NCBI GenBank assembly: GCA_002269645.1
Contig: NIVC01000629.1
Location: 62,001 to 126,000 of the forward strand
Origin: Macrostomum lignano
Lineage: Eukaryota
DNA length: 64,000 nt
Direction of reading: 5' to 3'
The translations under genes and the position numbers were made by a program. The notes beneath the pieces are model-generated. The model did not search any database and had not been told where the DNA came from. It saw nothing but the letters and a program-made list of their open reading frames with translations. Below, one piece after another: positions 34,400 to 47,641 of the stretch (positions within the stretch are counted from its first letter, which is position 1; the number at the start of each line of letters is the position of its first letter).

Positions 34400-35420
34400 A
34401 TTAGGACCTCTACCCTTTTCCAGAACGAATAGCGCTTCCAGCAGCCTTGACTTACTTGACTTAGCTGCAGAGTGGTCCGAAGACACAGCGGGGAGGCAAG
34501 GGTCGCCCATTCCGCTAGCCCCTGAAGGCCCGCAAACAAGCAGAGGCGTGGGTGCCGGTCAGGGCCAGTGGTCCACACAGTCCGTCCTGCAGCGTGATCT
34601 TCCAAAGGGAAGAAAGTGGCTGCTCGTCTTGTCGCCCGAAAGAACTGGATGAGCCGTGGGATGCTGATCTGGGACAGAGGCGCACATCTTTTCCCTTTAT
34701 ACATGTAAGGCTTTTAAAGGGCAGGATGCCTCAAAGGCGGCGGTTAGCGTCTTTGTCAGCATGGTCGCGCACGTGATCGTGGATGGTTGGCCCGAAGACT
34801 GATGAAACTTCTACGAGTAAAGCGCGAGCCTGAGGTTTTCATATCAGTGTTTCTGACGTTCCGTCTCCACGCGATGCGATTCGCGATGCGCACGGCCATC
34901 AACTTGAAGGAGATGAACTTGTGATCGGAGAGGGGGACACTGCGAGACACTGTCGAGTTGTCGAGGTCCTGCTCCTCCCCGAAAACAATGCCCGCCGGTT
35001 GGAGCCTGACCTTTGTGGCGTAGTTGGTGGTGGTGGCTCCCGGAGGACCGGCCGCACTGATGGCGGGTTTGCTGGGTGGCATACCAAGCGGGGATTGTTT
35101 ACTGGGGGCAGGGGTCACTGTGGTTCCTTTCGGCCCGACAGCAGCATGCATCGCCTTCCCAAGGTTCCCCTCCACAAGTGGCCGGCCCGCTACCTACCTT
35201 TCGCGTTGTCGCGGCGTTGATTGCGAGCACGTCGGGCCTCCGCGGAGGGCCCGGGTGCTCATGTGTGTTTGTCACCAGATGAGCTGGCGTCGAGCCCAAC
35301 TGCTCTCGGCAGGGCGGCGCTGGCATCAGAATCACGGAGTTGCTGGGGTCCCGGCTTCAGCAGGAGTTTTTGCGGCGGTAGAAGCCATGGCTGAAAGCGG
35401 GAAAGAATGAGCAGAGTCAC
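34400..35420 (-). mobile_element. Internally deleted non-LTR retrotransposon remnant
   Basis: VPLSDHKFISFKL..WRRNVRNTD resembles the end of an APE endonuclease (SDH motif) and the following linker; no continuous ORF. Confidence 0.4.
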
Positions 35421-37066
35421 GGAAGAACGAAGAAGAAAAAAAAAGGAAACCGCTAGCGGGTTTAGCTCCACGACCTTCCAGCCCCTCGGCGCGGTCAACA
35501 CCTTAGGCATTAGAGGGCAGCAATTAGCAGTGCCAGGTCCTGCAGTCTGGCTGCATACCCTGTTACGATCAAAGGGTATCACCTCTATCTCAGAGCCGTA
35601 GCCAGAGGCACCTGATCACGCACAAGTAGGGTAAGTGCACCGGAATAAGTGGACAAAAGGCGTCCAACCGTCCGTCGCAATTTTGTAATTTTCCAGTGTC
35701 GCGTCGCGGCTGCAGTCAAGGCAGGTGATGTCGCGGCGCGTTGCAGTTTTTGAATAAACCGTAAGAGTAACTTAACAGTCTTATTGAGGCTACATGCCTC
35801 GTCATCTAATTAGTACTACGCCTGTATTCGGTGCGAAAGTTAATATGTTCTGTGTCGCGTCGCGTTTTTGAGCTACAATTTTAGACCCCGTGTCGCGTGT
35901 CCGCAGGTTTTTTACACTTATTCCAATAGGGCGGATAGCCCGTACCTTTTGCAGCATATTGCCAAAGGCCGAAAACTTCGGAAGGGTGACCAGCGCTGAG
36001 CGTGGAGATTAAATCTCCAGCCACGCCTGCTCTAAAAAAGAGGTTGAGCAGGTGTAAAACATCCCAGACTGCAGCTCGAGGGCCTGTCTCATTTCATAGG
36101 CATCCTGTACCTACCGCTGTTAGCTCCAACTCAGCCTAATTCGGCGTGCAATCTGTCTAATTCAGCCTAAAAGCAGCCAGTTCGGCTTATATTCAGCTAA
36201 TTTATTTCTCCCGATCTGTCTAATTCGGAGTTCTCTCTGTTTCCGTTTCCTGTCTTAGGACATTGTGCCGTGTGGGGGGGGGCAACATAAGCTAGGCAAA
36301 ATAGACAATTATAGTCCACTAAGTTCGTGTGATGGCGTCACAGCCAAGTATATTTTCGATAGGCCAACAAAGACGTCGCGAAAAAACAGACAAGATCTGG
36401 CAAGGTTTCTACCTCGCGTGTCGGATCCGAGATCCTCACTAATACGAAATGCTTCTTTTGCCAACTTTAGCTTTGATCAGTATCAATCTGTCCAGTTTGC
36501 TTAGTCTTTCATAATAATGTTGCATTCCGAGTAACTTGAGTCCGGCTTGTGTAGCTAGCTGTGCACACTTTCTAAACTTGATACACACTGGCGGCTTTAT
36601 CAGACGATGCTTGATCGATTGCATTTTTCGAAAATTTGAATTAGGGTGCGTTGAGAACGGTCCTTTGGCCATAGACATTCTCAGCGAGCGGTCTGCCGTG
36701 AGTTCCAATAAAAGTTGACGAATTCGATGGAGAGATCCATGCCTGTGGCTTGCGAAGGGAGGTAGGGAGCTTTCGAACTACAGTAGGACGTCTCGAACAC
36801 GTCTAAATTGTAGTATTCACTAATCAGCAACTAACGAACGAGCGCAAATAACTGCAAATCAAATGCGAGTATTTTTAGCCATTTTGGCTGTGACCGTCCA
36901 TCTGTTTATAGGAAAAAAGCTGTCCTTTATGCTTCTGTCTATTTATTTAAAGCCAAATTGCGTCAAGTGAACCAACAACATAGTAGGCCAGTCAATAACT
37001 TTGCTGTAAATTGCTTTTGCCATGCAGTCATGTCTCATTCTGGGTGGTTATCACTGCGACTTTTTT

Positions 37067-37600
37067 CTAGAACGGAGTGCGCTTCTTCCAGAAAGGATCC
37101 CGCTTCCAGAATGGAGCACGCTTCCAGAATGGAGCCCGCTTCCAGAATGGAGCACGCTTCCAGAATGGAGCCCGCTTCCAGAATGGAGCACGCTTCCAGA
37201 ATGGAGCACGCTTCCAGAATGGAGCACGCTTCCAGAATGGAGCCCGCTTCCAGAATGGAGCCCGCTTCCAGAAAGGAGCACGCTTCCAGAATGGAGCCCG
37301 CTTCCAGAATGGATCCCGCTTCCAGAATGGAGCCCGCTTCCAGAATGGAGCACGCTTGTCCTCTTTCAAAGCGTCGTGATCCGGCATCTCCATCTCAGCA
37401 GCGTCGCTCTCCTCGCCAAGCATTCGTTCGTCATCAGACGCTGCTACAGTCGCCGCTTCAACAGCCGCCTCGTGCCGTTGCAGGCCGCCATGGTCAGCGT
37501 GTCTGGCCGAAGTGGCTTCGGCTGCTTCAGCTGACGCGGTGACCAACGCAGCAGAGAGTATCAGGCAGAGGCCAGCTCGAAGGATGGCAGAACCCCGCAT
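37067..37600 (-). CDS. Neuropeptide/peptide-hormone precursor, 177 aa: 13 x APFW, 2 x DPFW and terminal TPF, separated by KR
   Basis: ATG 37600; signal peptide MRGSAILRAGLCLILSAALVTASA; acidic propeptide; dibasic sites flank every tetrapeptide. Variation between repeats is mostly synonymous (CGG/CGT, CCA/CCT). Likely 5'UTR acceptor tccgtag at about 37636. Confidence 0.9.
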   Translation of the reverse strand: MRGSAILRAGLCLILSAALVTASAEAAEATSARHADHGGLQRHEAAVEAATVAASDDERMLGEESDAAEMEMPDHDALKEDKRAPFWKRAPFWKRDPFWKRAPFWKRAPFWKRAPFWKRAPFWKRAPFWKRAPFWKRAPFWKRAPFWKRAPFWKRAPFWKRAPFWKRDPFWKKRTPF

Positions 37601-40379
37601 CACTGTTGTTGTGCTTGGCTTTGGTTTGAACCAACCTACGGATTACAAAATAGGGCGATGCGAGCTCTGTAAGTTGAGATTACAGCTTTTAAGAAGCAAA
37701 ATCAGTTGTGAACAGGTGCAGAATACAGGAGCTAACACTCACGTCTGCGTCGCGATGTCCCAGTCTCGAGCTGAAAACAATGGATGATTGGGGGAGTAAT
37801 GCAAAGGTATTTGCCGCTGCTCACTGTTGCAAATTTTAGACACTGAGCTGCCTCGGCCAAAGCAAGAAGAGAATGCGAGCAGTTTGAAATACTGTCAAAT
37901 TCAGACTCTTTATGAAAGTCGGGACGAAGGCCGCTCAGCAATGACTCTCAACTCTTATTGGCTTTCACCTGTCCTGTCTGGCCAAGGCTCCTAGCATTAA
38001 GCGAGAGGAGACATATTGTCTCCACTTACCGGGGATCGTCACTTGCCGCCTCCGTTTCTGTGCGACTCCTCAGAGTTGGGAAATTTCTCCCGCTAGCGAA
38101 GTCAACGGAGCTGCTGCTGGTCTCCTTTTATCCCCGAGGCCCAAGCCAGCGACGCTAATCCGATCGTCTAATTGTCCCAGCAACGAGTCCCGCTCTGGTT
38201 ATTTAATTATGGCCTCAGCCAGACAAACTGTCTGCCTGACTGTCAAGCATTAGATTTTATTCCTCATCTAAGCCGGGCGACGCTGCAAACTGACAACATC
38301 TGCGTCGAAAATGAATTCCCAAATTGTCCCTGTCCGGTTACTGGGAGCCTCACACTCGCAACCGGTACAAGCCAGCATGCAGCTGCAGCTGGATTGTGTG
38401 CTCATACGCGATCGCAGAAATTCAACTAGATTAATAAAATTAGTTGTCAAATGTCAAACTGGATTGAAGAAATGTTGCAGTTGCGCATAGCGCCACAATA
38501 TCAGCAGCATTTTCCCGTACAACTCAGTGCATTGTGATCCGTTTTAATTGGGACTTTAGGCAGCATCAAAGTTGCAAATGTAGCAGGTCGTGCCGCCAAA
38601 TGAGATTGTTGACTGTACGTACGTACTTTTATCCGAAAGATGACTTAGCACTGGATCGCAGCCGAGTTTCTCAATGCAAAACTGCAGAACAGAAGCATGA
38701 CCTGACCACACTGTGTGCATGTGCTTCTGGTTGTGTCAAGCGAGGGGCGGATGTCATGCTGCTAAGAGGCAGCCCATCTGCAGCCAGGTCTATGCAGACA
38801 TTCTCTAGTCAGTGATGCATTCATTATGGATGGTAACTTAGCACACAGCGTCCCAAACTGGTGACAAGAACATGCATGGACGTGGTCTGATTCAAGGACG
38901 TCTGGCTATCATCATCGTCAGACTCTGTGACTAAGCTGGACTATCTTGCTGGGGCAGCATTGCCAGTCTAACTGCGCACTGCTATTATTGATTTCTAGAG
39001 CAAAAGCTTTACAAGAATATATACATACAATTAACGTATATATGTTGTCTGAAACATAATACGAAAAAGGACAAAGCAAAACTCTTCTTTTGTTTTGGAT
39101 CTTTGGAACCTTCCAGGGTACCTTAAATTACATGCTTAAAATGCATCGCATGAGGATGTACGCGTCGCCTGCAGCTTTTACTTGCTGCCTTACCAAACTG
39201 CAGACAACAAAATGGAACGAAAAATAATTAAAAGTGGCGATGGAGAGCCCCGTGTTTTGCTGCTTCTAAAAGATAAAACATTTTTGTTAAAAAATGATAT
39301 ATCTGCACGGATTTGTTGACTCGAGATATTTGCTCTCCCGGCCTGCTTGGATGAAAATCACTTTCGAGTATTTCCTTTAGATGAATTCCAATACTTGTGA
39401 CTGTCCCTACGAGAGAGTATTTACCTGAAATTACTCTTGGTGGGTCTTGCTCGTTTTTCATGTACAGTACGACAGTTATTCAATACATAAATGGACTTTT
39501 TGATTGGCAATGCTTTAAAAAACTTCATTTGTGAGCATCTTTTTGTATCACGAAAGCCCTTTCATGGCGCGGCTTCTATACACCCGTTCTATCTGGACAG
39601 TTGAAGTTGAAAGGACCGTTTCACTTGATTTTCGTAGAAATGAGTTGCATGCAGGTTGCCTGGGTTTTCTTATTTGTCTAATGGTAAAGCCTATAAATGC
39701 ACACTACCGATACGACAATATCAAATATGCGTTCTTTATCTGGCCTCCAGTTAATTTCTAAGAAAATCGAGAATGTGTGCACTCATAGCGTCCTTTAATT
39801 GTACACTTCAGTTGCTCGATATGTATGTACATTACATGCATGTACATCCTTGCTGCAAGAGGTCCTCCACTTGGAATTCCAAATTTATGGGTACAAACAG
39901 TACCCATCCCCATGCTACGCGCAGCTGATCTTTGTGCCAATTGATTCGATTCCAAATTAACATACAGCTGTAACTGCATGGTTATAGCGCTGATGCTACA
40001 CACGCATCAAATTTTTTATTCTTCGTTTGGGTATTTTGTATATAGCTACAAAAACTGGCTAAAATATGGAAAAGTTACATGTAATAAGAATGGAATCTAT
40101 TTAATCTCTGTTCGTCTACATTTATAGTAGCAATAAAAAACTAACATGTATTAATGTACATACATTGGCCGAGAGGTTATTGTTTGTTTTTGACTTGTTG
40201 ATTGCGAAAATCCACTCTTTACATCTTGATAACGACGACAGATTTTGTGATCTAAATTCACATGAGGATGTTAATTTCCAACTTTCCAACACAAATTTGC
40301 TCATGTACAAACACATGCATTAACATGTATAACACAATTGTCACATGTCACACATGCATGAATGCTTTACGTACCCGGC

Positions 40380-40738
40380 CAGGGGCGTCGCCTGCAGCAC
40401 GGTGGGGGGGACACAGGGGGACATGTACCCCCCCCCCCAGTAAAAGATCTGTTTTGTCCCCCCACCCCACCCTGTGACCCGTTATAGAAATCAACAATTT
40501 TGCTGCAGGGCGACAAAACATAGTGCTGCGGCGGCACCAAAAATGAGTGTCTGCGGCGCCAAAATCCTGCGGCGCTAAAATGAGCGCCTGCGGCGCCAAA
40601 AAAAGTGCCCGCGGCGCTAAAATGAGTGCTCACAACACCGATTCTGAAAAATTTACATGTAAGAATTAAGTCATGACATGTACATGTATAATTACTGGCT
40701 TTTTGTTCCTCACCATAAAATCCATGGCGACGCCCCCG
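40380..40738. mobile_element. MITE-like element
   Basis: Inverted ends CAGGGGCGTCGCC (40380) and GGCGACGCCCCCG (40726-40738), 12/13 match; internal GCGGCGC(C/T)AAAA repeats. Confidence 0.5.
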
Positions 40739-42211
40739 ATGCTTACTGGTAAGTGATTCTCAATCTTTCTTCGTTAATGATTCGTATTAGCATTTATAAT
40801 TTTGACAAGGAGTCAAGGACCACGAATGTTGATAGCTTGCTAGCAATTTTTTTACAGTCGAAGCATTAACTTCACGATAATGAAAACTACACAACGCCGG
40901 CATGAATGAAATTCTACTGTAGCTTTTTTAACAAAGCTTTTGAGGATAAAAGACTTTAATTGGTTAGGTAGGATAAAAGAAGAAAGTGTATTTTTTTTCT
41001 TTGTTGATAAGGTTAACAATTAAATCTCATATCAAAATACACTGTTTTTGTCTGTTTTACCCGGATACCGCATTGTTTAAAGAATGAATTCACTATTCGA
41101 TTCGACTACAATTAGCTTTGACGTTGTACATAAAATGTACGTTGTAGATAAAATTTGGATAAATTTAATGTAATCGACATCCGCAAGAGTAAAATTCTGT
41201 ATTTAATTCAATTAGAGTATCACAAAGCTTAGCTAGATATAATCCAATATACTAATTCCGTAATCTGCTTAAGAGACCTAGAAATAACTAGATATAACTA
41301 TATTAGTTATTTCTAGTAATCAGTCTTTCTAGTTTTGATTTTTGCTAAAATTTTCTGAAAGTTATTCCATTACTTTTTATACGGTTTGCTTTATTAGTAA
41401 TTGAAGAAGAATACCTATTTCTATTAATTTTAGGTTTCTAGACGTTGTTTTTATACAAAGTTTCTAGGAATTGGAAGAAATATGTATTAACAAATGCAAG
41501 TTTTAATCTACAACTTGCAAATAAAGTCAATATTATTTTTGACTATTTAAATAAGAATTATGAACTATCTGACCTTTTTAAATACAGCTCTGAATTAAAA
41601 TGTCCAAATTATAAGAAAAACAAGAATCAATGATGAGTTGACGCCTTGTAGTTGTAGTATAAGGTTAGATTGTGCTCCTCAACCTTTAAAGTACAGTGAT
41701 GCTTTAGCTAAAATAGCAAAAAGAAAAAACATTTTTAAAATTGTAAGTTGTGAATATTAATGACAATTAGCATTTTAAAGGCATTATGTCAATTTATATG
41801 GTCCTGTATCAGCAGTCATAAATAATAAAGGTGGAATTCCTGGAGTTACTTGAATTATATTAACACTATTTTCTTGTGTATTTTATACAAGTCATGCTAA
41901 ACTTCAATTGAAATAAAATTTTAGGAAATACGCACTTATTGTCTAATTTAAAAACACTTTAAATTTGAATTAATAGCTCTCAAATAATTTAAACAAATTC
42001 ATTTTGACCATTTAAATAAGAATAATGAACTATATGACCTCTTGAAATACGCTCGTAGAATTTTTTAACAAAATTAAAAATAAGAAAGTTATAAAAAACA
42101 AAAATTTACAATGGATCGAAAACTTGAGAAACTTGCATCTTCCTGCCAGCGAAATAGGCGTCCCAGCTGAAACTGCCCAGCCCATAAGCCAGCCGCTGTC
42201 CACCGTGTCCA

Positions 42212-45131
42212 ATGGCAAGCAGGCCATTCGGCGGTGGCCGCAAGAGCACCCTGGTGCCAATCAACACCAAGGCAGCGCCGCCAGAGCCGGATTCCGGCCT
42301 AGGGACGCCGTGCATCTCGTCGGCGTCAACGGACTCCTCGTCCGGCGGCTCGTCCGGGCGACGTAGGCGAGCAAATCAGCCGCTGAGGACCAGCTCCTCG
42401 GATGACGACAGCGCCGAGGACACCAGCAGCTGCGCCTCCTCCACCTGCCAGGTTTACCGTCGGGCGCCGGGCTTCCTGGACCATGCGCACGCTCACCCGG
42501 TGCAGCAGCACAGAGCAGGTGACGGAAGATTCTGTGTCTTTCATCAGATGTCCCTGCAGTGTCCTCCATCAGCTGTCCCTACAGTGTCCTCCATCAGCTG
42601 TCCCTGCAATGTCCTCCATCAGATGTCCCTGCAGTGTCCTCCATCAGCTGTCCCTACAGTGTCCTCCATCAGATGTCCCTGCAGTGTCCTCCATCAGCTG
42701 TCCCTGCAATGTCCTCCATCAGCTGTCCCTACAGTGTCCTCCATCAGATGTCCCTGCAGTGTCCTCCATCAGCTGTCCCTACAGTGTCCTCCATCAGATG
42801 TCCCTGCAATGTCCTCCATCAGCTGTCCCTACAGTGTCCTCCATCAGCTGTCCCTGCAGTGTCCTCCATCAGCTGTCCCTGCAATGTCCTCCATCAGCTG
42901 TCCCTACAGTGTCCTCCATCAGATGTCCCTGCAGTGTCCTCCATCAGCTGTCCCTGCAATGTCCTCCATCAGCTGTCCCTACAGTGTCCTCCATCAGATG
43001 TCCCTGCAATGTCCTCCATCAGATGTCCCTACAGTGTCCTCCATCAGATGTCCCTGCAGTGTCCTCCATCAGCTGTCCCTACAGTGTCCTCCATCAGCTG
43101 TCCCTGCAATGTCCTCCATCAGCTGTCCCTACAGTGTCCTCCATCAGATGTCCCTGCAATGTCCTCCATCAGATGTCCCTACAGTGTCCTCCATCAGATG
43201 TCCCTGCAGTGTCCTCCATCAGCTGTCCCTACAGTGTCCTCCATCAGCTGTCCCTGCAATGTCCTCCATCAGATGTCCCTGCAATGTCCTCCATCAGATG
43301 TCCCTGCAGTGTCCTCCATCAGCTGTCCCTGCAGTGTCCTCCATCAGCTGTCCCTACAGTGTCCTCCATCAGCTGTCCCTGCAGTGTCCTCCATCAGATG
43401 TCCCTGCAGTGTCCTCCATCAGCTGTCCCTGCAATGTCCTCCATCAGCTGTCCCTGCAGTGTCCTCCATCAGATGTCCCTGCAGTGTCCTCCATCAGCTG
43501 TCCCTGCAATGTCCTCCATCAGCTGTCCCTGCAGTGTCCTCCATCAGATGTCCCTGCAGTGTCCTCCATCAGCTGTCCCTGCAATGTCCTCCATCAGCTG
43601 TCCCTGCAATGTCCTCCATCAGCTGTCCCTGCAATGTCCTCCATCAGCTGTCCCTGCAGTGTCCTCCATCAGCTGTCCCTGCAGTGTCCAGCTCCATCCT
43701 GCCCTGCTTACTTATTAAAGTAAACAAATCAATGCATTCTCTTTCGCAAAAACTTCTCCGAATTGAACTGGATAGGCGGCGGCCGTCTGAAGGAGAAGCG
43801 CGCCCTTCTTCAGCAGCAGCAGCAGCTTCCGTCCGTGGCCCCAGTAGCCGCCAGCGTTCCCATGCGAAGCCGCCACCTTCCCAAGTCGATGTGGCAGGAG
43901 CCGGACGAAGCCAGCTACAGTCCGGCCACACTGCTGCCGCGGCTGGCTCTGCACCGTAGCGTCGACGACGTCTCCGAGCTGGGTAAGAAGAGCGAACCTG
44001 ATTGCCCATCCTACTTTTAGTAGGCTTTGCGCGTATTTTTCGGCCTAATGGGCAAAAGCTTATCAAACTGATTTTTAACTGCAACCAAAGACCTGAAGAA
44101 ACATTTTTTCTCTCATGCGTGCTTCATCTGTCCGCAATTTACCCACAGGCCTAACCGGCAGTTCCCCGTTTAGAAACCGGTGCGCGGCGGGCGGCCCGCT
44201 TAAACCGCCGATTCGAACGGTGCTCAACTTGGATCCGAGCGAGTGCCTGCAGAGGAAACTCTTTGAGGTGGCGCTGAAGCCTCCGCCAGCCATTGAGCAG
44301 CAAAAGAAGCAGCAGCAGCTCCGGCCAACTGACCGGTGAGTCACCGGAGACTTCCTTCTTCATCTCTGGTTGAGAGCGCTTTGCCTGGGATCCCTGTGAA
44401 TGACATTGAGCTGTTCACCTTGAATCTCTGTGAATGATATTGAGCTGTTCACCTTAAATCTCTGTGAATGATATTGAGCTGTTCACCTTGAATCTCTGTG
44501 AATGATATTGAGCTGTTCACCTGGGATTTCTGTGAATGATATTGAGCTGTTCACCTTGAATCTCTGTGAATGATATTGAGCTGTTCACCTTGAATCTCTG
44601 TGAATGATATTGAGCTGTTCACCTTGAATCTCTGTGAATGATATTGAGCTGTTCACCTTGAATCTCTGTAAATGATATTGAGCTGTTCACCTTGAATCTC
44701 TGTGAATGACATTGAGCTGTTCACCTTAAATCTCTGTGAATGATATTGAGCTGTTCACCTTGAATCTCTGTGAATGATATTGAGCTGTTCACCTGGGATT
44801 TCTGTGAATGATATTGAACTGTTCACCTGGGATTTCTGTGAATGATATTGAGCTGCTCACCTGCGATTCCGAGAAAGCATCTATGATACTCACAAAGGAT
44901 TTCCGTGCAAGAATGCAAAAAAATGGCAAAAACATGGCAACATCCCGCAGCCTGCAGCCCATAGCGCAGAGACCGCCAGTGGGCAGCAAGTCCAGCTTTC
45001 TATCCAACAATGATCCCTGCCTGAGTGACTGCAATAAATTTCCCTACCTGGGCCGGACAGGTCTGGCCGCGGCTGTGCTGTCCGACTCGTCTGACTGTCT
45101 GCACCAGCAACAGCCCCTGCAGCAGCAACTG

Positions 45132-45169
<38 letters not shown>

Positions 45170-45221
45170 CAGGGACAGCAGTCCCACTAGATTGCTCGCC
45201 GAGGTTGCTAAGCAGCTTTGA
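42212..45221 (+). CDS. Uncharacterised Ser/Gln-rich protein, about 323 aa; exons 42212-42518, 43776-43982, 44149-44335, 44951-45221
   Basis: GT-AG sites join in matching phases 1, 1 and 2 to give 972 nt without an internal stop. Poly-Q near the C-terminus. No family recognised; start codon uncertain. Confidence 0.6.
42543..43690. repeat. 25-bp intronic minisatellite
   Basis: GTCCTCCATCAG(C/A)TGTCCCT(G/A)CA(G/A)T, about 45 copies. Confidence 0.96.
44393..44862. repeat. 34-bp intronic minisatellite
   Basis: CTGTGAATGATATTGAGCTGTTCACCTTGAATCT, about 13 copies. Confidence 0.95.
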
Positions 45222-47641
45222 CGGGCAAAAATTGAGTCTAAAGTGAATAAGAGGCCACTAGAAAATGTTTTAGTTACTACTGATATAGGGATTTTCAGTT
45301 ATTAGCTGAGCTTGTTCGACTTTTGAATAGCAGGAAGTTTTCTTAAACACGGATATTATTAGAATATTATTAGAATATATTAGCTGAGCTTGTTCGACTT
45401 TTGAATAGCAGGAAGTTTTCTTAAACACGGATATTATTAGAAACACTAGATTTGTCCCTCGCTAAATTTCTTGTAAAATGCATTCAGTCTACTTCGGGAC
45501 GTACGAATGCGCACGGCTTTTTAAATATTTAAGCCACCACAGAAATTAAGCATTTTCACGTAAGGCACGCGCGCAACACACGCAGTCGTAAATAATTTTG
45601 TTATCGCTGTTTAGTCTCAATGTACATTGGCTAGCCGCCACCGAAAATGTACATGGCAGAGGGGAAGGCAATAAAAGCGGGACTGGGGTGGAGAGACTTC
45701 GCGTGTGGAAGACGCCGTCGGAGGGAGGGGTTTGGTCGATAAAATTAAGAGTCAAGCACGAAAGATAAAAGCAAGGTAGCAAGGTATCTCATACATGTAA
45801 GCCAAAGCCCTAAGTCTAAAATCTAAATATTACAGATAATTTTAGTTTCAATATAAATTTAGCCATAAAAATCTAAACAGACGCTTAATGGAAAGTAGTT
45901 CAGTGCAGGTATCAAACAAATGAGTTGGTCTAATCTATGTGTTTCTAATATGTGGTACTCATGGCTAAATTAGCAACATATACTTTTTCTGCGGCCGAAA
46001 TTCACTACATAAATAAAATAACGCCACGTGAATACTTGAGCAGGCTCGACCATTAAGCATGTAAATGTTGCAAGAGAATCGTGTCTCATACACTGGTAAC
46101 TCCTTAAAAATAGAGTGCCTTAAATATATATTTTTTCACTCATACCAGCTAGATTTTATATAGTAGCTAGATAGTAGCTTTCAGAAACTTTCTTCTCGAC
46201 CGATTTTTTTAAAAGATATAAACGTATTTTAAAAACTCAATGCTTTTCTACTCCATCCGTCCAATCGATCACGTGACTTTGTTGATCTATTTTCAGAGAA
46301 TAAAAGCCACCTTTTAAAAAGCCGTCCTAAATGTTTTTTTACTTTTTATTGATTCTTTTTTGGTATTAACAACAGGCCAATTGCGATGCTCAGACCTGTG
46401 CAGATTTTTGTAAATAAATTAGCCAGATGACAGATTGCACTTTTAATTTACTTTCCGTCCTAACAAAGCATCCGTTGCTACTGTACATTATAAAGTGCAC
46501 TTGTACTTGTACTTAATTATTGCAGAGGTTAAATAATTTGTTTTTGTTCAACTAAGCCGGATTTAAAGCCAAAGTTTGATTTTTTAAAACCAGGATAGCT
46601 ATTTTTCTATTTTCAGATTTTTTCGCTACAAAAAGCCAATCGAGTTATTTTGAAATTTAACTTATCAAAACGATAATAATAACATTTTTTCGCGCCGATT
46701 AGAACAATTCGGCAAATTTCCGCTTCGCAAGAGAGCCGGCGAATCTCTCTGCTTTTCGCTTCGCCTATTTTTTGTTAATTTGCTTTCCATTTTTCTGTTT
46801 CGATGCCCCAGTGGCTGCAGTGTTATCGCTTTGTAATTCTCTGCTCATGCGGTCTGTGCATATACATGTACCACGGTATCTCTTCATTCCTTAATTTTGT
46901 CGTCTTAAAACGAGTTTAAAAATGATTTCCCCGTATAATTAACAAAAAATTATAAACTATTTTTCTATGAAACATATTCATATTTTAATAACAATTTATT
47001 TATGCAGAATAAAATTAATTTTGAGCAGAATTAATCAGAATAAAAACTGTTCAGACTGGCACCTGCAGATTAAAGACCAATTTTGACGGTGCAGAATTTT
47101 ATTGATTAATCTTGGATATATTATGTCAATAGTTATAGCTCAAATGTAAGTCTCTACACGCAGTGGATGCGACAATTTGTTAAAACTTGATCCAAGTTTA
47201 GCGCGACCTAACAAACAAACAAACAAACAAACACAAATTAGACTATCAGAAAAATAACAATTGAAAATCGAGAGAGAAATCATCCGGGATATGAAGTTAT
47301 TTGTTCTTCCGATCTCACCAACATTATAAATTGAATATTATATCATTACGTCGGCATACTAACAGTTATAGAAAAACACGAGGCAGAGAAATTTACAAAA
47401 CAAATATAAGAATAGCAATATTAATATGGATATATGCACTAATATGATCATAGCGAATGATGCCGGTTATAAAAGTGTGAACAAATCATCTCAAGATGGC
47501 CGCATGCACAGGGTCAGACAGAATCAGTTTGGAGAGCTCTGCTACAACAGAGTTGAATTTCAAATACGCATTAGAAAGACAGCCGGTCTGACAGCGCAGA
47601 CAGACAGACGCGTGAATTTAAATAATTATATTCTAGGCTCA

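Noticed and set aside
34799-34825. Hammerhead ribozyme core (CTGATGA..)
   Set aside because: No GAAA after a stem II and no stems I/III.
36958-37542. Plus-strand repeat ORFs (RMEHAS, PEWSPL) opposite the neuropeptide gene
   Set aside because: Repeat variants are silent only in the minus APFWKR frame, which also has the signal peptide.
39758-40003. KFGIPSGGPL as a Penelope-like RT remnant
   Set aside because: One short motif without supporting flanking similarity.
42402-43959. Cys-rich 438-503-aa repeat proteins
   Set aside because: Stop-free 25-bp intronic minisatellite; the spliced model that skips it is phase-consistent.
45300-45442. 65-bp direct duplication downstream of the 42-45 kb gene
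   Set aside because: A simple local tandem duplication with no further structure.
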